This document shows, in pieces, positions 20,532 to 29,563 of a stretch of DNA of 64,000 bases. The translations under genes and the position numbers were made by a program. The stretch spans positions 413,104-477,103 of the forward strand of contig CAWFPD010000010.1 of the NCBI GenBank assembly GCA_963817725.1. Reading direction: 5' to 3'. The stretch is from an uncultured delta proteobacterium. Its GTDB lineage: Bacteria; Myxococcota_A; Polyangia; Polyangiales; Houyiibacteriaceae. The stretch's first letter is position 1. Each line of letters opens with the position of its first letter. Below the pieces are notes generated by a model. The model ran no database searches. It saw only the letters and a list, made by a program, of their open reading frames with translations, and had not been told where the DNA came from.

Positions 20532-21919
20532 GAAGAAGCGCTTTTGCGAAACCGCACGTCCGTCGGCATCCCGCGCGCACCCGGGTGCATCGAAAGCTCG
20601 GTCACGAAATCAGGCTCGAAGCCTTCGGGGACGTTCGGCTCGACCCGTTGCAGGAGCGTCGCGAGGATCATGCGCATTTCCATCATCGCGAACTGCTTGC
20701 CGAGACATACACGCGGACCTCCGGCAAACGGCGTGTAGGCACCCCTGGGCAGACTTCGTTCGAACTCCCGTGTCCAGCGCTCGGGACGGAACTCGTCCGG
20801 GCCGTCGTAGTACTTGGGGTTCCGTCCCATCGCGATGTGGCTGATCGTGATCGTCTGCCCCTTTTTGATGTCGTAGCCTTCGATGACGAGATCGCGCTGC
20901 GCTTGGCGGGCATAGGCCCAGACCGAAGGGAGGAGGCGGAGCGACTCCTTCACCACCATTTCGAGATACGGAAGGCTCGGAAGATCGTCGACCTCGGCAC
21001 GCCGATCGCCGAGCACGCGGTCGAGCTCTTCGCGCATCTTGGCAACCTTGCCAGGGTGCCTCGCCAGCAAGTACCAAGTCCAGGTCAGCGCGTGCGCGGT
21101 GGTCTCGTGCCCCGCAAAAATAAGGGTCATCGCCTCGTCACGAAGCTGCTGATCGGACATGCGGCCCTGCTCGTCTTCGACGAAGACCATGTGAGAAAAC
21201 AGATCGCCGCGGTCCTTCTGATTGGTGAGCCGATCTTGGTGGACGCGTCGAATGATCTGCTCGATTTTGGTGATGGCGCGCTTCTTGCGGCGATTGTCCG
21301 CCGTGGGCCACCAGTCCGGTCGTGGAATCATCTTGTCTGCATCGGTTACCAAGATCTCGCTGACCTCTCCAATGGCATCGCGGATGGTTTTCGAGTCCTC
21401 TTTCCCAATGTCGATGTCGAACAGCGTGCTAGCGACGACCTCGAGAGCCAGCGCGTTGAGCTCGACGCGCATGTCTCTGCGCTCGCCTTCTTGCCAACGG
21501 TCGATCATTCGTTCGGTGAACTCGACCATCGTCGGTGCATAGGCGTCGACGCGCTTCTTGTGAAACCCGGGCATGATGAGCTTGTGCTGACGCTTCCAAG
21601 ACTCGCCGTCGTTCGGGACCAGGCCGTTTCCGAGAAACGGCTTCCACATCGCCTTGATGTAATCGGGTTTGTGGAAGTCGGCCCAATACGTGACGTTGAT
21701 CGCGTTGACCACCGCCGGATCGCGCACGCAAAGAAGGTCTCGCACCAGCGCCCGCGCGACGAAGACATCGCCGTACTCGGCATGCCCTTCGATCAGAAAC
21801 CCGGAGCGGTCCCTGGAGAGGTCGAACAGACAACCCCAGAGCCAATGGCCCTTCATCCGGGGGACGGGCCGGGCCGTGAGCGAGCCCCCACTCGTTTGCG
21901 CTGCGGCTTCCGCGGTCAT
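20528..21919 (-). CDS. Cytochrome P450 (E-class)
   Basis: The start is taken at MTAEAAAQ, giving 463 aa, with GAGGGG upstream. It has the I-helix FAGHETTA, ESLRL (ExxR), PERW and the heme loop FAGGPRVCLGKQFA. Confidence 0.88.
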   Translation of the reverse strand: MTAEAAAQTSGGSLTARPVPRMKGHWLWGCLFDLSRDRSGFLIEGHAEYGDVFVARALVRDLLCVRDPAVVNAINVTYWADFHKPDYIKAMWKPFLGNGLVPNDGESWKRQHKLIMPGFHKKRVDAYAPTMVEFTERMIDRWQEGERRDMRVELNALALEVVASTLFDIDIGKEDSKTIRDAIGEVSEILVTDADKMIPRPDWWPTADNRRKKRAITKIEQIIRRVHQDRLTNQKDRGDLFSHMVFVEDEQGRMSDQQLRDEAMTLIFAGHETTAHALTWTWYLLARHPGKVAKMREELDRVLGDRRAEVDDLPSLPYLEMVVKESLRLLPSVWAYARQAQRDLVIEGYDIKKGQTITISHIAMGRNPKYYDGPDEFRPERWTREFERSLPRGAYTPFAGGPRVCLGKQFAMMEMRMILATLLQRVEPNVPEGFEPDFVTELSMHPGARGMPTDVRFRKSASS

Positions 21920-22081
21920 GCGAACCAACCCCTCGAAGGCACGGATCGCCTCCTTTTCCTGGTTATCTCCTTGTAAACTTGTTGATGGGGGCCGCGCAAC
22001 CCGGCGCGGCAGGACCCAAGGCAACCCAGGGCGCCCGAAGCCCTCTTTACGCGCCTCCGAAGAGAAACTATACGGCATCCG

Positions 22082-22549
22082 ATGATTCGATCTGCTTTTG
22101 GGTTGTCCTTGCTTGTCAGCATGGGCGTGGTGATGACCGGTTGTGGCGACAGCGGTGGCAGCGCCTGCGACACAGGCCAGGTCGAATGCGACGGCGTCTG
22201 CATCCCCGCGATCGAGCCTACGCTCGACGGGGTACGCGGCATTCAGGCGAGCGTGTTTGACGTCAGCTGCGCGATAAGCACTTCCTGTCACGGAGCCGGA
22301 GGCGGTCTGCAGTCGGGGCTCGTGCTGAGCTCGGCAAGTGTCTCAGCAGACAACCTGATCGACGTCGAGTCCACCGAGGTAGATAAACTGCGAGTCGCCC
22401 CAGGCGATACAGGTGCGTCATACCTGGTCGACAAGCTGCTCGGCCAGAACCTAGCCCTGGGCACCGCGCAGATGCCCAACCTCGGGCAACCTCTTTGCGA
22501 CGCCAAGATCCAAGCCGTCGAGGACTGGATCGCAGCGGGCGCAAATTAG
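22082..22549 (+). CDS. Small lipoprotein with a PSCyt1-like ('planctomycete cytochrome c'-type) domain
   Basis: 155 aa with a signal peptide and lipobox (VVMTGC). The pattern is SCAISTSCHGAGGGLQSGLVLSS…VAPGDTGASYLVDKL…MP…IQAVEDWIAAGA. Confidence 0.5.
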   Translation: MIRSAFGLSLLVSMGVVMTGCGDSGGSACDTGQVECDGVCIPAIEPTLDGVRGIQASVFDVSCAISTSCHGAGGGLQSGLVLSSASVSADNLIDVESTEVDKLRVAPGDTGASYLVDKLLGQNLALGTAQMPNLGQPLCDAKIQAVEDWIAAGAN

Positions 22550-22570
22550 CCTGGGATAGTCTGCGTGGAA

Positions 22571-23527
22571 ATGGAGTACCGGCGGCTGGGCGATGCGGGC
22601 CTCAAAGTCAGCGTGCTGTCGTTCGGCTCCTGGGTCACGTTCCACAACCAGCTCGGTGACGACTCGGCCCTGCGTTGCATGGAGGCCGCCTGGAATGCAG
22701 GCGTGAACTTCTTCGACAACGCCGAGGTCTACGCGGGTGGCAAGTCGGAGCGCATCATGGGCCGCGCGCTACGCGAGCTGGGCTGGCCGCGTGAGTCGTA
22801 CGTGATCTCGACCAAGCTCTACTGGGGCTTGCGCGAGGGACCCAACACCAGGAACACGCTCAATCGAAAGTACCTGCTGCAAGGGATCGATGGGTCACTC
22901 GAACGCCTCGGCCTCGACCACGTCGATCTCTTGTTCTGCCATCGACCCGATCCTGAGACGCCAGTGCAAGAGACGGTATGGGCGATGAGCGACATCATCG
23001 CGTCTGGGAAAGCGCTTTACTGGGGCACCTCCGAGTGGCCGGCGGATGCGATCCAAGAAGCCTACGAAATTGCGGAACGGTACCGCCTCCGAAAGCCCGT
23101 GGTGGAGCAGCCGCAGTACAACATCCTGTGGCGTGACCGCGTCGAAAAGGAATATGCGCCCCTCTATCGGGAGCATGGCATGGGCACGACCGTTTGGAGC
23201 CCTCTCGCTTCGGGTGCGCTGACCGGCAAGTACCTCGACGGGATTCCGGAGGACAGTCGCGCGGCGCTGCCCGGTTACGAATGGCTTCGCGAGCTGATCA
23301 CCTCGGCCGACAACCACGCGCAGGTGAAGCGTGTGGTGAGTATGGCCAAGGAGCTTGGCTGCACGCCCGCCCAGCTGGCCATCGCGTGGTGCGCCAAGAA
23401 TCCTCACGTGTCGACCGTCCTCACCGGCGCGAGCCACGTCGATCAAGTGCGTGAAAACATGGGCGCGCTCGAAGTCTTGCCGCACCTCAGCGACGAGATC
23501 ATGGCCCACCTCGAAGGCAGGAGCTGA
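22571..23527 (+). CDS. Aldo/keto reductase, Kv-beta-subunit-like subfamily
   Basis: The start is taken at [24 protein letters not shown] motifs occur throughout ([23 protein letters not shown]). Confidence 0.85.
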   Translation: MEYRRLGDAGLKVSVLSFGSWVTFHNQLGDDSALRCMEAAWNAGVNFFDNAEVYAGGKSERIMGRALRELGWPRESYVISTKLYWGLREGPNTRNTLNRKYLLQGIDGSLERLGLDHVDLLFCHRPDPETPVQETVWAMSDIIASGKALYWGTSEWPADAIQEAYEIAERYRLRKPVVEQPQYNILWRDRVEKEYAPLYREHGMGTTVWSPLASGALTGKYLDGIPEDSRAALPGYEWLRELITSADNHAQVKRVVSMAKELGCTPAQLAIAWCAKNPHVSTVLTGASHVDQVRENMGALEVLPHLSDEIMAHLEGRS

Positions 23528-23538
23528 AGCGCGCCGGC

Positions 23539-25533
23539 CTAGAGGCCCAGGAGCGCGTCGCGTGCTGCTTGCACCGCAGCGTCGTACGGCTGGCCCGCGT
23601 CGAGCGCCGCCACAGCTGCATCGAGTTGCTCCAACGCCGTGGCGGCCCCGGCGGCGACGTCGCCGAGCCTCGCATCGACGGCCACGCTCTGCGTGGCATC
23701 GAGTTGCACGATGGCGCGCCGGAGGTAATCGCGCGCGCTGATGGCGCCCGGCTCATTGCGCTGCAAGCGATCCAGCAAATCGAGGGTCTGCGCTACCCCT
23801 GCCGCGGCTTGCGTCTCGGCCGGAAGCGCTTCGGCCACCGAGGGAACGTAGCGGGTCATCCCATTGAGCGTCCCTTGGTAGACCATCCCGTCGGGTCCGA
23901 CAGTGGTCGCCGCAAAGACGGAGTTCTCGCAAGAGTCGGGCACTTGGTCGAGTATGTCGGCCACCCCCGGAAGAAGCGCCACGAGGTCCAAGTAGTCCTG
24001 GGCGCAAGTGCCTGGCCCGGCGGCGACCCAAACCCGCGACTCACCCGTTTCGAAGTCGAGGCCCTCGAGCCCCCACTGACCGTCACGCTGGCCCGCGCCG
24101 TACACCAGACCCGAAGCTTCGCTGATGGCGGGTATGCCATTTGGAATGCTGATCTGCGCGTTGGCCCAAGCGGTGGCGCAGCTCTTGGTCTGCGGGTCCC
24201 AGTCGATGCGCTCGACGCCGTAGGGGGCCTTGTCGGGGATTCCGCCCTCGAGCGCCGACACGAGGTTCTGCGCAACCGCGCTGAGCTCGAGCATGGAGGG
24301 TGGGTTGATCGTGGGATCGGTGAGCAGGTTGTTCACCACGACGGCTGAATAGCCCCGAACGGCGACCGACTGCTCGGAGATGGCCGCGGTGGCGCCGGTT
24401 CCAAAATCGACCGGAAGCTCGCATGCAATCCGTGGGTCCTTGCCAGGCGCAATGGGCTCCCAGTCTTCGGGGATCTCATCCCGCCAAAAGAGCACGAGGT
24501 TCATCAGCGCTTGGCCGTCGGTGATGACGACGAATCGATCGTCGTCGGCGCGCGTGCCCATCAGGCTTGGAGTAGAACCCGACCCCGGTCCCAAACGGAT
24601 TGGGCTCGGGCTTTGTTCCGCGGATTGGTATTCGGCCCGCCATGCCCGCGTGAGCGTGCTGCCATCCCAGTTGAACCGATACATCGCCGCGCTGGTCAAG
24701 AGGTAAATTCCCCCGCTTTCGTCTACCGCGACGCTGTTGGAGACGATCTCGAGATCAGCTGGATCGGCGGTCGCGCAGTTGTCGTTGGCGGAAGCTACCG
24801 GGATGTCGCCGAGGTCGTTGGGATCCGCATCAGGCGAGAGCACGAACAAGTTGCCGAGCTCGGTCGCAAACACCAAGGATCCATCGTAGGCCAGCGACAT
24901 GCCTGCAATGACATCATCCTCGTTGCAGAACACCTCGTCGGGAATGAAGATGCGCTTCTTCAGCACGATGGGAGAAAAGCGATCGCCATCGACCTCATCA
25001 CCGAACAGCGACACGAAACGGGTTCGGCCGACCACGAAGCGGTTCTTGCTGTCGATGCCGGTATAGGCGCCGCTCAATCCGAGGGTGAACGTGGGAGGGT
25101 TCTCCTCTCGGTCGGCTGGAACGTACCAGTCGATGATCTCGAACGTCTCGTGATCCACCTTGACGATCGCAGCGTCGGTGCCGGTCACGGTCGACCACAC
25201 GGCGCGGCCGCCATCTTCGTACGGTGCGCTAAACGAGGTGATGACGGGAATCCCCGGCCCCTCGAGCTCGAGATGCTCGCTCACGGTTTCGTCACTCACG
25301 CTGGGCCCGGCAAGCGGCGAGGAGCCTTGCGCATAACTGCCTCGGTGCGAGCCCGGCCACGTGCTATCGGCGAATCCAGTGCTGCAAAGCGGCTCGTGAG
25401 GGGCGAGCGGTGTCGTGCACAGATCGGAGGTATCCGTGGCTGGCGCGTAGCCGCTGCCGTTCGAGCCACTGGAGCTACAAGCCGACAAGACAAGGGTTAG
25501 AAACAGCGATGAAAAAGCGGGTCGACGAAGCAT
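23539..25533 (-). CDS. Secreted lipoprotein of unknown function
   Basis: The start is taken at MLRRPAFSSLFLTLVLSACSS (lipobox LSAC). It is about 664 aa. I recognised no catalytic motif, and the C-terminus is Ala-rich and helical. Confidence 0.6.
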   Translation of the reverse strand: MLRRPAFSSLFLTLVLSACSSSGSNGSGYAPATDTSDLCTTPLAPHEPLCSTGFADSTWPGSHRGSYAQGSSPLAGPSVSDETVSEHLELEGPGIPVITSFSAPYEDGGRAVWSTVTGTDAAIVKVDHETFEIIDWYVPADREENPPTFTLGLSGAYTGIDSKNRFVVGRTRFVSLFGDEVDGDRFSPIVLKKRIFIPDEVFCNEDDVIAGMSLAYDGSLVFATELGNLFVLSPDADPNDLGDIPVASANDNCATADPADLEIVSNSVAVDESGGIYLLTSAAMYRFNWDGSTLTRAWRAEYQSAEQSPSPIRLGPGSGSTPSLMGTRADDDRFVVITDGQALMNLVLFWRDEIPEDWEPIAPGKDPRIACELPVDFGTGATAAISEQSVAVRGYSAVVVNNLLTDPTINPPSMLELSAVAQNLVSALEGGIPDKAPYGVERIDWDPQTKSCATAWANAQISIPNGIPAISEASGLVYGAGQRDGQWGLEGLDFETGESRVWVAAGPGTCAQDYLDLVALLPGVADILDQVPDSCENSVFAATTVGPDGMVYQGTLNGMTRYVPSVAEALPAETQAAAGVAQTLDLLDRLQRNEPGAISARDYLRRAIVQLDATQSVAVDARLGDVAAGAATALEQLDAAVAALDAGQPYDAAVQAARDALLGL

Positions 25534-25589
25534 GAAACCCGCTTGTAGCAGGAGATGCACGAGGACCAAACCATGCCTATGCTCCATGC

Positions 25590-25979
25590 ATGGCGGCATT
25601 CGAAAATCTGGCGAAATCTCCGTATGTGAATTTGGAGACTTATCGGAAAAACGGAACGGGCGTGCAAACGCCGGTTTGGGTGGCCCGAGAGGGTGATGAG
25701 CTGGTGGTCTTTACCAATGGCGAGTCCTACAAGGTCAAACGCCTGCGCCGAAATCCGAAGCTCCGAATCGCTGCCTGCGGCGTCCGAGGGGCACTCAAGG
25801 GGCCCTGGCACGAGGCCACGGCACGGCTCGTCGACGATCCAAGCGAGAAGCAGTCGGCGATCAAGGCGATTCGAAAGAAATATGGTTGGCAGATGACCTT
25901 GGTCGACTTGGGCGCGCGCCTCGGCGGCACCAAGAAAAACTGGGCCGTCATCGCGATACGCTTGACCCATGATGAATAG
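25590..25979 (+). CDS. PPOX-class (pyridoxamine-5'-phosphate-oxidase fold) probable F420/FMN-dependent protein
   Basis: 129 aa. YVNLETYRKNGTGVQTPVW…KVKRLRRNPKLRIAAC is typical of the small PPOX-class family. Confidence 0.65.
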   Translation: MAAFENLAKSPYVNLETYRKNGTGVQTPVWVAREGDELVVFTNGESYKVKRLRRNPKLRIAACGVRGALKGPWHEATARLVDDPSEKQSAIKAIRKKYGWQMTLVDLGARLGGTKKNWAVIAIRLTHDE

Positions 25980-26922
25980 ACTCGTGCCAGACATGGTCCC
26001 ATCGCCCATGCAGTGGCTGTTGATCATGTCGTTGGCGTTCGCCGTGTCGTTGCGTGCGGGTGCCCAGGAGGGTGCCCCTTCCGAAGGGGTGCGATCGGCC
26101 GGGGAAATTCCAGCCGACATGCCGCCGCCTCCCGACAGCGCGCCGCCAGTCGAGGCGCCGCCGGCCGGTGCAACCGACGAAAGACCTCCTCATCCCGAAA
26201 CCCCCGATCCTCTGGCAGAAGCGCAACCGACGCCCGAAGTGCTGGCATCGACTTCCTATCACTGGCTTCCCGGTCACTGGATTTGGACGGGGCAGCAATT
26301 CGAATGGTGGAGCGGCCATTGGATCTACCAGGTCAAAGGAATGATCCTCGTGCCGCCGCGCTGGGAGTGGGACGGCAAGCAGTGGGTATTCCACAATGCA
26401 GGCTGGGCAAGCCCCGGCACGTATGAGGTGATCTATCGACCCACCGATGCGCCTGGCGGGCCCGACGTCATCGGCAATGCGGCGGCGCCTCCAGTAACAT
26501 ACGTCGAAGCGCCTCCACCCCAGCAGAGCGTCACCACCGTGTACGTCTGGACGGGATTCTACGCGCCACCGCTGGTCGCCTTCCCGATCTGGTCTCCCTG
26601 GTACCACTACTACTGGTACCACCGCTATCCGTACTATGTGCGTCCGCCCCTCTACCGTTCTCCGTATTACCGCTACGCGCGGACGCATCCCCCGCCGCCG
26701 CCACCACGCCACCGTCCCCCGCCCGCAGCCAGGCCGCCCCAGAGGCCGAGCGCCCGCCCGACTCAGCCCAGGCCGAGCACGCGCCCTTCCCAACCCAGCA
26801 CCCGGCCGAACACGCGGCCTTCACAGCCCAGCACCCGGCCGAGCACGCGGCCCTCCCAACCCAGTACCCGACCGAGCGCTCCGCCAAGTCGCGGTGGCGG
26901 CTCGCGAGGTGGGCGGCGCTGA
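25969..26922 (+). CDS. Secreted Pro/Trp/Tyr-rich repeat protein
   Basis: It has a signal peptide (LLIMSLAFAVSLRAGAQE), W-rich motifs (YHWLPGHWIWTGQQFEWWSGHWIY, PPRWEWDGKQWVF), and a C-terminal PSTRPSQ-type tandem repeat ending in an RGG tail. Confidence 0.6.
   Translation: MMNRLVPDMVPSPMQWLLIMSLAFAVSLRAGAQEGAPSEGVRSAGEIPADMPPPPDSAPPVEAPPAGATDERPPHPETPDPLAEAQPTPEVLASTSYHWLPGHWIWTGQQFEWWSGHWIYQVKGMILVPPRWEWDGKQWVFHNAGWASPGTYEVIYRPTDAPGGPDVIGNAAAPPVTYVEAPPPQQSVTTVYVWTGFYAPPLVAFPIWSPWYHYYWYHRYPYYVRPPLYRSPYYRYARTHPPPPPPRHRPPPAARPPQRPSARPTQPRPSTRPSQPSTRPNTRPSQPSTRPSTRPSQPSTRPSAPPSRGGGSRGGRR
26764..26880 (+). repeat. About 3.5 copies of a 33-bp in-frame tandem repeat (PSTRP[S/N]TRPSQ)
   Basis: The unit CCCAGCACCCGGCCGA(A/G)CACGCGGCC(T/C)TC(A/C)CA(G/A) is repeated directly inside the CDS 25969-26922. 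Confidence 0.7.
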
Positions 26923-26931
26923 CTCGGACGG

Positions 26932-27678
26932 CTAGCGCTTTCTGACGAGCACACCCGCGTAGGGCGCAAGCCACCATCCAGATTGCTCGAAGAAATCACC
27001 TTTGCCGGTGAACGAGTACTGGAAGCCGACATCGATGAGCACACTGCTCTGCTTGATGTTGAAACCAAGCCCAGCTTTGCCCGTGAACCCGGGGGTGAAG
27101 CGATAGACGGCGTATTGCGCGCAGTACCAGTAGCCGCAGCCGACCGTCGTTTCACGGAAGTTCCAGAAGTTGATGTCGAACGAGCCTGAAATGTAAGGCA
27201 GCACGACCTTGAGGTTCGGGATCTGAAAGCGAATCTCCGGAATTGAGAAGTAGAAGCGCTTCAGGGGAGAGCGACCGGAGTAGGTAGAGCCGTCAATGGT
27301 CGTACCCCTTCCGAAATCGATCGGATTCCACTGGAGACCGAGCGAGCCCCCGATCACGAAGAAGTCGAAGTCCGCGCCGCCAAAGAAGAAGATGTTGGCC
27401 CCGGGACGAACGGTCTCACGCGGTACATCCAAGATGATGGGCACGCCGAGCCCCAACGACCACGTGAACCCTACCTCGAGCCCCTTCTTTGGCGGTGCCG
27501 CGGTCGGTGGCGGAGCCGTCACCATTTGATCGGGCGGAGCTGGGGGCGGCGGCGGGGCCGTCGTCGTTGTCGTGGACACTCCCTCCTCGGTCGAAGGGGC
27601 CCACTGCGCCGAAGCAAATGAAGCGGGTAGCCAAAGCGCGACCGCAAAGCCGACCAATCTCGGTGCCGTACTCCTCAT
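26932..27678 (-). CDS. Putative outer-membrane beta-barrel protein
   Basis: The start is taken at MRSTAPRLVGFAVALWLPASFASAQ (signal peptide). A Pro/Thr linker is followed by alternating aromatic/Gly-rich beta-strand-like segments. Confidence 0.45.
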   Translation of the reverse strand: MRSTAPRLVGFAVALWLPASFASAQWAPSTEEGVSTTTTTAPPPPPAPPDQMVTAPPPTAAPPKKGLEVGFTWSLGLGVPIILDVPRETVRPGANIFFFGGADFDFFVIGGSLGLQWNPIDFGRGTTIDGSTYSGRSPLKRFYFSIPEIRFQIPNLKVVLPYISGSFDINFWNFRETTVGCGYWYCAQYAVYRFTPGFTGKAGLGFNIKQSSVLIDVGFQYSFTGKGDFFEQSGWWLAPYAGVLVRKR

Positions 27679-27838
27679 GGGTCCCTCCCGAACGGACGCA
27701 ACTCTAGAGTGCGCCAACGCTTTGTTCAACGTCACAGATGGTCTTGAGGGGCACCCGAACTTCGACTAGCACAACCCCCCCGGGCGTCCATGGCTGATTC
27801 CCCGGCCGGAGTCGTTTTCACCTTCACAGAGATAGAGC

Positions 27839-29563
27839 ATGCACGCATCACCACAATCCTTTCCGAATCGAACGGCAATCGGTATCGCCCTCCTTCTTGC
27901 GCTCTTTGCTTGGCAGCCAACGCGAGCGTGGGCGCAAGAGGAGACCCCCAAGGAAGACCAGACCGTCGAGCAGAAGATCGACGCATTGCTTCAGCAGCTA
28001 AAGACGAGCGACGCCGACCTCGAGGAGATGACCCGTAAGCTCCCGGAGCTCGATGAGAGCGCTGCGGCAATCCTCGAATCGGAGCTTTCGGAGCGGCGCG
28101 CTCGACGGCGGCGCGATCTGTCGGAGTTGGTCGACCTCGTCGTCGGCGCCGAAGATGCCGGAGCCGAGGTGGCGCAAGCGCGCGCCACCTTGGTCGAGAT
28201 GCTGCAAAAAGACGCCGAGTCGATGCAGGAGCAAATGCGGCAGCTCGACGCCGCCAACCTGGCGCGCGTGGAGGTGACGGAAAAAGGGAGCGCTGAAGAG
28301 GCGCAAAAGGCCCGCGCGCAGCTCAACGACAGCATCGCTGTTGCGAACCGCCTACTCAGCTACATGGACGCGAACATCGACCAGCGAAAGAAGCTCGGCC
28401 TGGATGTCCAAGAGGACGTGCAGGCTTTCACCAAACGACTGGAGACTCGCGCGATCATGGTGTCCGGGCTGCTGCAGAACGTAAAGGCGCAGATCGACGA
28501 GATCAGCACTAGACCCGGCGCCGGAGAAGATGCGGAAGCACAGAAGGAGCTCGCCGCCCTCAAAAAGAGCCGAGACATCCTGGCTGAGACCCAGCGTCTA
28601 AACGTGAGCCTGATGGACAAATACGGGCTCGAAACCGCACAGCTCAAGCAAGCCATCATCAGCGCGACGGGCAAGCTGTCGCAGGATGTGCTCAACAAGG
28701 ACGTCGCCTCGGGCTTGGTTCAGGATTGGTTCGAGAACGCCGGCGACTCGCTGCGCACCAATGGCCCGGCGCTCGTATTCCAAGCGATCGTTTTCTTGTT
28801 GATCCTATTCGCGTTTTGGGTCTTCGCCCGCATCACACGCGGCGCGGTGCGGCGCGGCCTCGACCGCTCCAAGCTCAAGGTGTCGAGCTTGGCCAAAGAC
28901 TTCTTCGTCAAGACGACGAGCCGGCTGATTCTACTCGTCGGGTTCATCATCGCAATCGCGCAACTCGGCGTCGAAGTTGGGCCACTGCTGGCCGGCCTTG
29001 GCATCGCCGGCTTCGTCATCGGTTTCGCGCTGCAGGACACCCTGTCCAACTTTGCCTCGGGTCTGATGATCCTGGTCTATCGGCCCTTCGACGTGGGGGA
29101 CGCGGTGGAAGCGGGCGGCGTCCTCGGAAAGGTCGATCAAATGAATCTCGTTTCGACGATGATCCTGACCTTCGACAACCAGCTCGTCATCGTCCCCAAC
29201 AAGCAGATCTGGGGCGGGATCATTCGCAACATCACGCATCAGGAGACCCGACGAATCGACCTCACATTTGGAATCGGCTACTCGGATGACATTCCGACAG
29301 CCGAAAAGATCCTGACCGAGATCGTCACCAGTCACGACAAGGTGCTCAAGGATCCGGAGCCTGTGGTCAAGCTGCACGAGCTCGGCGAGTCCTCGGTGAA
29401 CTTCGTCGTGCGCCCATGGTCGAAGACCAGCGACTACTGGGACGTGTATTGGGACGTCACTCGCGAGGTGAAACGGCGGTTCGACGAGGAAGGAATCTCG
29501 ATTCCGTTCCCGCAGCGCGACGTGCACATCTACAACGAAGGCACCAAAAACGAGGACCCCTAA
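27839..29563 (+). CDS. Mechanosensitive ion channel, MscS family, with a long N-terminal coiled-coil periplasmic domain
   Basis: 574 aa with a signal peptide. The MscS core is LGIAGFVIGFALQDTLSNFASGLMILVYRPFDVGDAVEAGGVLGKV…LVIVPNKQIW. Confidence 0.88.
   Translation: MHASPQSFPNRTAIGIALLLALFAWQPTRAWAQEETPKEDQTVEQKIDALLQQLKTSDADLEEMTRKLPELDESAAAILESELSERRARRRRDLSELVDLVVGAEDAGAEVAQARATLVEMLQKDAESMQEQMRQLDAANLARVEVTEKGSAEEAQKARAQLNDSIAVANRLLSYMDANIDQRKKLGLDVQEDVQAFTKRLETRAIMVSGLLQNVKAQIDEISTRPGAGEDAEAQKELAALKKSRDILAETQRLNVSLMDKYGLETAQLKQAIISATGKLSQDVLNKDVASGLVQDWFENAGDSLRTNGPALVFQAIVFLLILFAFWVFARITRGAVRRGLDRSKLKVSSLAKDFFVKTTSRLILLVGFIIAIAQLGVEVGPLLAGLGIAGFVIGFALQDTLSNFASGLMILVYRPFDVGDAVEAGGVLGKVDQMNLVSTMILTFDNQLVIVPNKQIWGGIIRNITHQETRRIDLTFGIGYSDDIPTAEKILTEIVTSHDKVLKDPEPVVKLHELGESSVNFVVRPWSKTSDYWDVYWDVTREVKRRFDEEGISIPFPQRDVHIYNEGTKNEDP

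Noticed and set aside
20585-21976. 463-aa plus-strand ORF spanning almost exactly the same interval as the minus-strand P450 gene
   Set aside because: It is antisense to a gene with unmistakable P450 motifs. Its translation is Arg/Gly/Pro/Asp-rich with no recognisable domain. Long stop-free antisense frames are expected in high-GC DNA.
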